A DNA stretch of 64,000 nucleotides, from contig NC_085843.1 in the NCBI RefSeq assembly GCF_035594765.1, forward strand, positions 207,429,971 through 207,493,970. Reading direction: 5' to 3'. The translations under genes and the position numbers were made by a program. This document shows positions 60,130 to 64,000 of this stretch, one piece after another (positions within the stretch are counted from its first letter, which is position 1; each line of letters starts with the position of its first letter). Under the pieces are notes generated by a model, which was not told where the DNA came from, made no database searches, and worked only from the letters and a program-made list of their open reading frames with translations. The stretch is from Anolis carolinensis. Taxonomy: Eukaryota.

Positions 60130-61680
60130 TTAGCACATATTTCACATTGGTTTCTTCCTAGTAATTTGGTTGTTACAGCACCTTGCAAGCTAACGTCCCA
60201 TCATATCAAAGATGGGAGTTCTGATGGGCTTGCTTATTTGCTTATTAATGACATAATCGTTCAGTGATTAAAATTCAGATATACCGTATTTATGTGGCTG
60301 TAAAGTATAATGAAAATCCTAGTATAATATGCACTGGGGCAGTTGTGAGTAAAATATCAATTCATTTTTCTGTGTGGTATAATGGGAATAAGGTATGTAC
60401 AAAGAAGGGGAAATGATACATTTGATTTGAGTTTTAAAAATTCTCTAAAGTTGGAGTTAAAGCTGTAGAAAGAAGCCAGTTAAAACCAAACTTTAGTGAA
60501 AATCTCCCTAAAGTTTTTAATAATGAATATTATGTGCAAGAATAGTTGTACAAAGATCCAAGAAGGGTTAAGCACCTGGAGCACACCAAGAAATGCTGAT
60601 ATCTGTGGTTGCAAAACAGTTTGTGCTCTAGAATTTTGAAAATTAATCGCATCTACCTATCTAATGCATTAGTTATTTTAAATGTTTGCCTGGATCATTG
60701 CCTGGAGTTTTTGGAACAGATTATATCTTTACTGAGTATGATAATATATTCAATATTTTATGTATCTCCTATTCAGGGAGATGGGTAGCAAACATGTAGA
60801 TAATAATTATTTGCACAGATTTAATTTCATATATTGGGATTTTGCTTCTCCCTGAAAATTTGAATATAAAAGCTATCTCCTTTTATTTTTTTCCCTGTCT
60901 ACTGAGCACTTTGTTGTGTTGACATAAATCCTTATAGGGAGCGACATTTAGCTCTTAGTAAAGATTTAGCACTCTTTCCCCCTCACTTCTTTATTTATGA
61001 TTGCGCTTAATAGGGCAGATGACAATTCTTTTCAAGAATACTTAGAAAGGCAACAGAGCCTTTTTCAGAAAGTTCCTATAAGGGGTCATGCTTCTGTTTT
61101 TCAGTTTGAATTCGATACTGTTTCATGAATTGCAGGATATGAAAGATAAGGAAGTGGGTCCAGTGGTCAGGTTTTACCTGCCCACCCGGACTGTGCCCTG
61201 AGGTCAAACTCCTGATATTTGCTGTTCAGAGCAGAGGAGCTGATGACAGGTAGGGGCAAATACAAGGGGGAAAGCTTGAACCATATCAAAGCTAAAAGGC
61301 AAGAGAATTGGGACTCAGTGAGAGACTGTAGCTAAAAGATGGATCAGCAGGATTGCCCTTTTTTTTAAAAAGGAGCTGACCTGTGAGGGAAAAGACTTTA
61401 TCGCCCTGCCAATCACATGCTTACTAATGGAAGCCAGTTATCTCAACAACAGCTTGCTGCTTCTGTGTGATTCCATGACAGTGTGCAAGATTAGAGAAGG
61501 AGGACAGTACATGAATAATTTCTGCAACAGATCATAAATGTGACCCACACATTGTTGGCTGTAAAACTTTATAGTCCTTTGGAGAAGTATTCAGGGCTGC
61601 TTCAGAGTGGTGGAAAGTAGGTTGTGCAAGAAATGGCTTGTAACTGAGATGTGCATCAATGTGCACATGACCATCTACAT

Positions 61681-61815
61681 CAGACATGGGCAAACTTTGG
61701 CCCTGCGGGTGTTTTGGGCTTCACCTCCCACAATTCCTAATAGCTTGTAAGCTGGCTGGGATTTCTGGGAGTTGAAATCCAAAACACTTGGACTGCCAAA
61801 GTTTGCCCATGCCTG
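61681..61815. mobile_element. Short hAT MITE
   Basis: TIR CAGACATGGGCAAACTTTGG / CCAAAGTTTGCCCATGCCTG; TSD atctacat/gtctacat. Confidence 0.85.
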
Positions 61816-61959
61816 GTCTACATGCTGCTGTGAGTTTTATCTTTGTGTAGGAGTTTTGTCAGTTTGCCATAGCCGGGGGTATGTTTGCAAGCAATATAAA
61901 TTACTCAGGGAAAATTTTCTTTGATTTTTCTTATTTGGGGTGGTAGAGAGGGAACCATT

Positions 61960-62330
61960 CCAATAGGATATCACCAAGCTGCTGAATGATCAATAAATTA
62001 GTCAGTGTGTGTCAGTGTAAAGGAAAAGTCATGCACCCTAAAGCAGAAAGAACTTGTCATCCAAACAGAGAGATCTTGCAAAACTGCACAGTACCACTTG
62101 CTGCATCTCAGAAAGGATATTGTGGAGCTGAAAAGATCAAAGAAACTTGCAGCCAAAATTATCAGGACACTTATGAAGAAAGGTCATGATGTCTGGAAAT
62201 GTTTTAATTCAGAATAATGGTGGAAGGGTATATGATAAGAGCAGTTTATGAAATTATCCATGCCGCGCAATAAGTAAATAGAAAATAATATTTTTCAGTC
62301 TCATTGTAGAACCTTGGGTCATAAATTGAG
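61960..62330 (+). mobile_element. Highly decayed CR1 LINE ORF2 3' fragment
   Basis: Remnants KGKVMH, HLRKDIVEL and YEER resemble the CR1 motifs KCKVMHLG, PHLKKDIxxLExVQ and LxYEERL. Confidence 0.55.
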
Positions 62331-63900
62331 CAAATAGTGCTCAAGGAAGGCAAAAGGAAATATTCCAGTACTGGTTAAATGTAAATATGCTTTGCAGTTT
62401 TCATTAATTTATTTGCTGGAAAATGTAGGGTTTTCCCTATTCCAAGAGGATTTCTTCCTCCACTTTTTGTACTTGTTTGCTATGGGCTTCCCTAGTTATG
62501 GCCAGCTTCTTCCTTTCCTTTCCTCTCTTATCTTAGAATACTGCTATTTGATATATTTGTTGTTCTGCTTGAGTAGTAATTTCCCATGTGATATCATATG
62601 CAATATTTTTTCATCAAAATACAAATAGATAAGATCAACTCCCATTTCTTGTGGCTGTTCTAAAGTTTAGTGAATCTGTTCCAGAATTCTTGCTGGCTTG
62701 CGTTTCAGTATTCTTTCCTTCTGAAAACTTCTGGAGGGGGCCTAAATCATACTCCCTACTTTGAAGGGCATTCTAAGTTTAGAATTCATGGGAAATGTTC
62801 AATGTAGTTTGACCCACTATCAAGGGAAAGCAATATGTCAGATTAGAAAGACGCAGTTGAAAGAAGTTGAAAGTTCCAATGACATAAGAATTTATTCCTG
62901 TTAAGCTTAATTTGACTAAACCAATAATGCACCTTAAACTTCTTTTGAGCTCAAATTTCTTTAATGAAGGTGTTAATTACTAAGGGATTAACACAGCTTC
63001 CAAGTGATAATGGATGTAGTCCATCAATAGAGGGTTAGGATAATATGGTGTTAAGGAACACAAGGATTTACGGAAGGATTACTTGCCAGGAATTGCTGTT
63101 AAAATAAATGTGGGGTATAAAGTATCTATGTGTTTCTCCTGCAAATCACAGCAGGCTTGAATTACTGTGTTCTCTGTGCCATGAGAACAAAATATTTCTA
63201 TTTTTGGCAAACTGACAAATTCAACAAGGCCAGACCAAATGAATCCAACAAATCCTATAGCTTAAGTGCCAAGATACTATTGAGAATCTTACACACCAAT
63301 ACACCTCTGAAGATGTGGCTAAAATTAAAATGAACAGTCACCTGTATGCATTTGAACACTATTTCACATTTTCGTAGTGTCCAATATGCAGAAGATATAT
63401 TAAGATTATAATGGTGGTGCTAATGATATTTATTTATGTCCCATGCTTTCCCTGGTCCAGGACTAAGACAGTTTACAGAAGTAAGCCATTAAAAAGAACA
63501 AGAAAAGTAAACAACCTTTGCTATGTTAAGGTTCAAATTATAGTCATTTCATATTTTATATTAGAGTGGTGGGAACTGAGTAAAATTAGTGTCTGTTAGG
63601 ATTATACACAAGCGAGATTTGGGGGTCTTCACTAGAACACATGGGAGATATGATTTGTAGTTTTTATCTTCATTTTTTCTGCTTGTTCCCAAAAATGGTG
63701 GGGAACAACTCCTATGTGAAAGAGATACATCCTGTCACATCTTATATTGGAAATATTCTATGAATCTGTATGAGGATATATGCTAGTAGCACAGTTTTTT
63801 CATCCTGTGGTCCTGAGTCCGCAGATATTATACTTTTTATAGGTATAATCTTGGAAAGAAAGAAGTCATGATTCTGGCTAGAGAGAGAGAGGGGGCTAGG

Positions 63901-63910
63901 ATTATTATTA

Positions 63911-63970
<60 letters not shown>

Positions 63971-64000
63971 GTGTTTATACTCTGCTTCTTTTCTCCACAA
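63901..64000 (-). repeat. (ATT)n microsatellite, probably the tail of an L2-type element extending beyond the window
   Basis: ~70 nt ATT repeat followed by TTTATACTCTGCTTCTTTTCTCCAC, resembling other L2-type tails. Confidence 0.6.

Noticed and set aside
1-64000. CRISPR arrays, prokaryotic operons or defence systems; identity as EXOC6B
   Set aside because: The sequence is a spliced vertebrate gene with no repeat-spacer arrays, and the peptides (e.g. YDDQPNAH, YFPRVSQYRFCQLMIENLPKLRE) fit my recollection of EXOC6 rather than its paralogue.

Overview
This is AT-rich vertebrate genomic DNA; the repeat families (Sauria SINE, AnolisSINE2-type SINE, Penelope, L2, BovB, many MITEs) point to a squamate, most likely an Anolis lizard. 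The window lies inside one + strand gene, EXOC6 (exocyst subunit Sec15A). I traced 19 constitutive coding exons (exons 2-20 by human numbering), all with GT-AG boundaries and phases that join into one open frame. Exon 1 and the last exons lie outside the window. Most ORF-track entries are intronic noise or TE fragments. Main leads: (1) a frame-preserving 30-nt cassette microexon (NNNNDHAAMS, 48173-48202) hidden in the 15-kb intron 18; (2) a second orphan 3' splice site near 53359; (3) a Penelope fold-back carrying an intact minimal hammerhead ribozyme core on the sense strand just after exon 16; (4) a Sauria SINE with a twin-priming-type 5' inversion and an 11-bp TSD; (5) a Sauria SINE variant with an added L2-type tail; (6) several repeat-free motif clusters that look like enhancers. 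Family names and human comparisons come from memory, not from searches.
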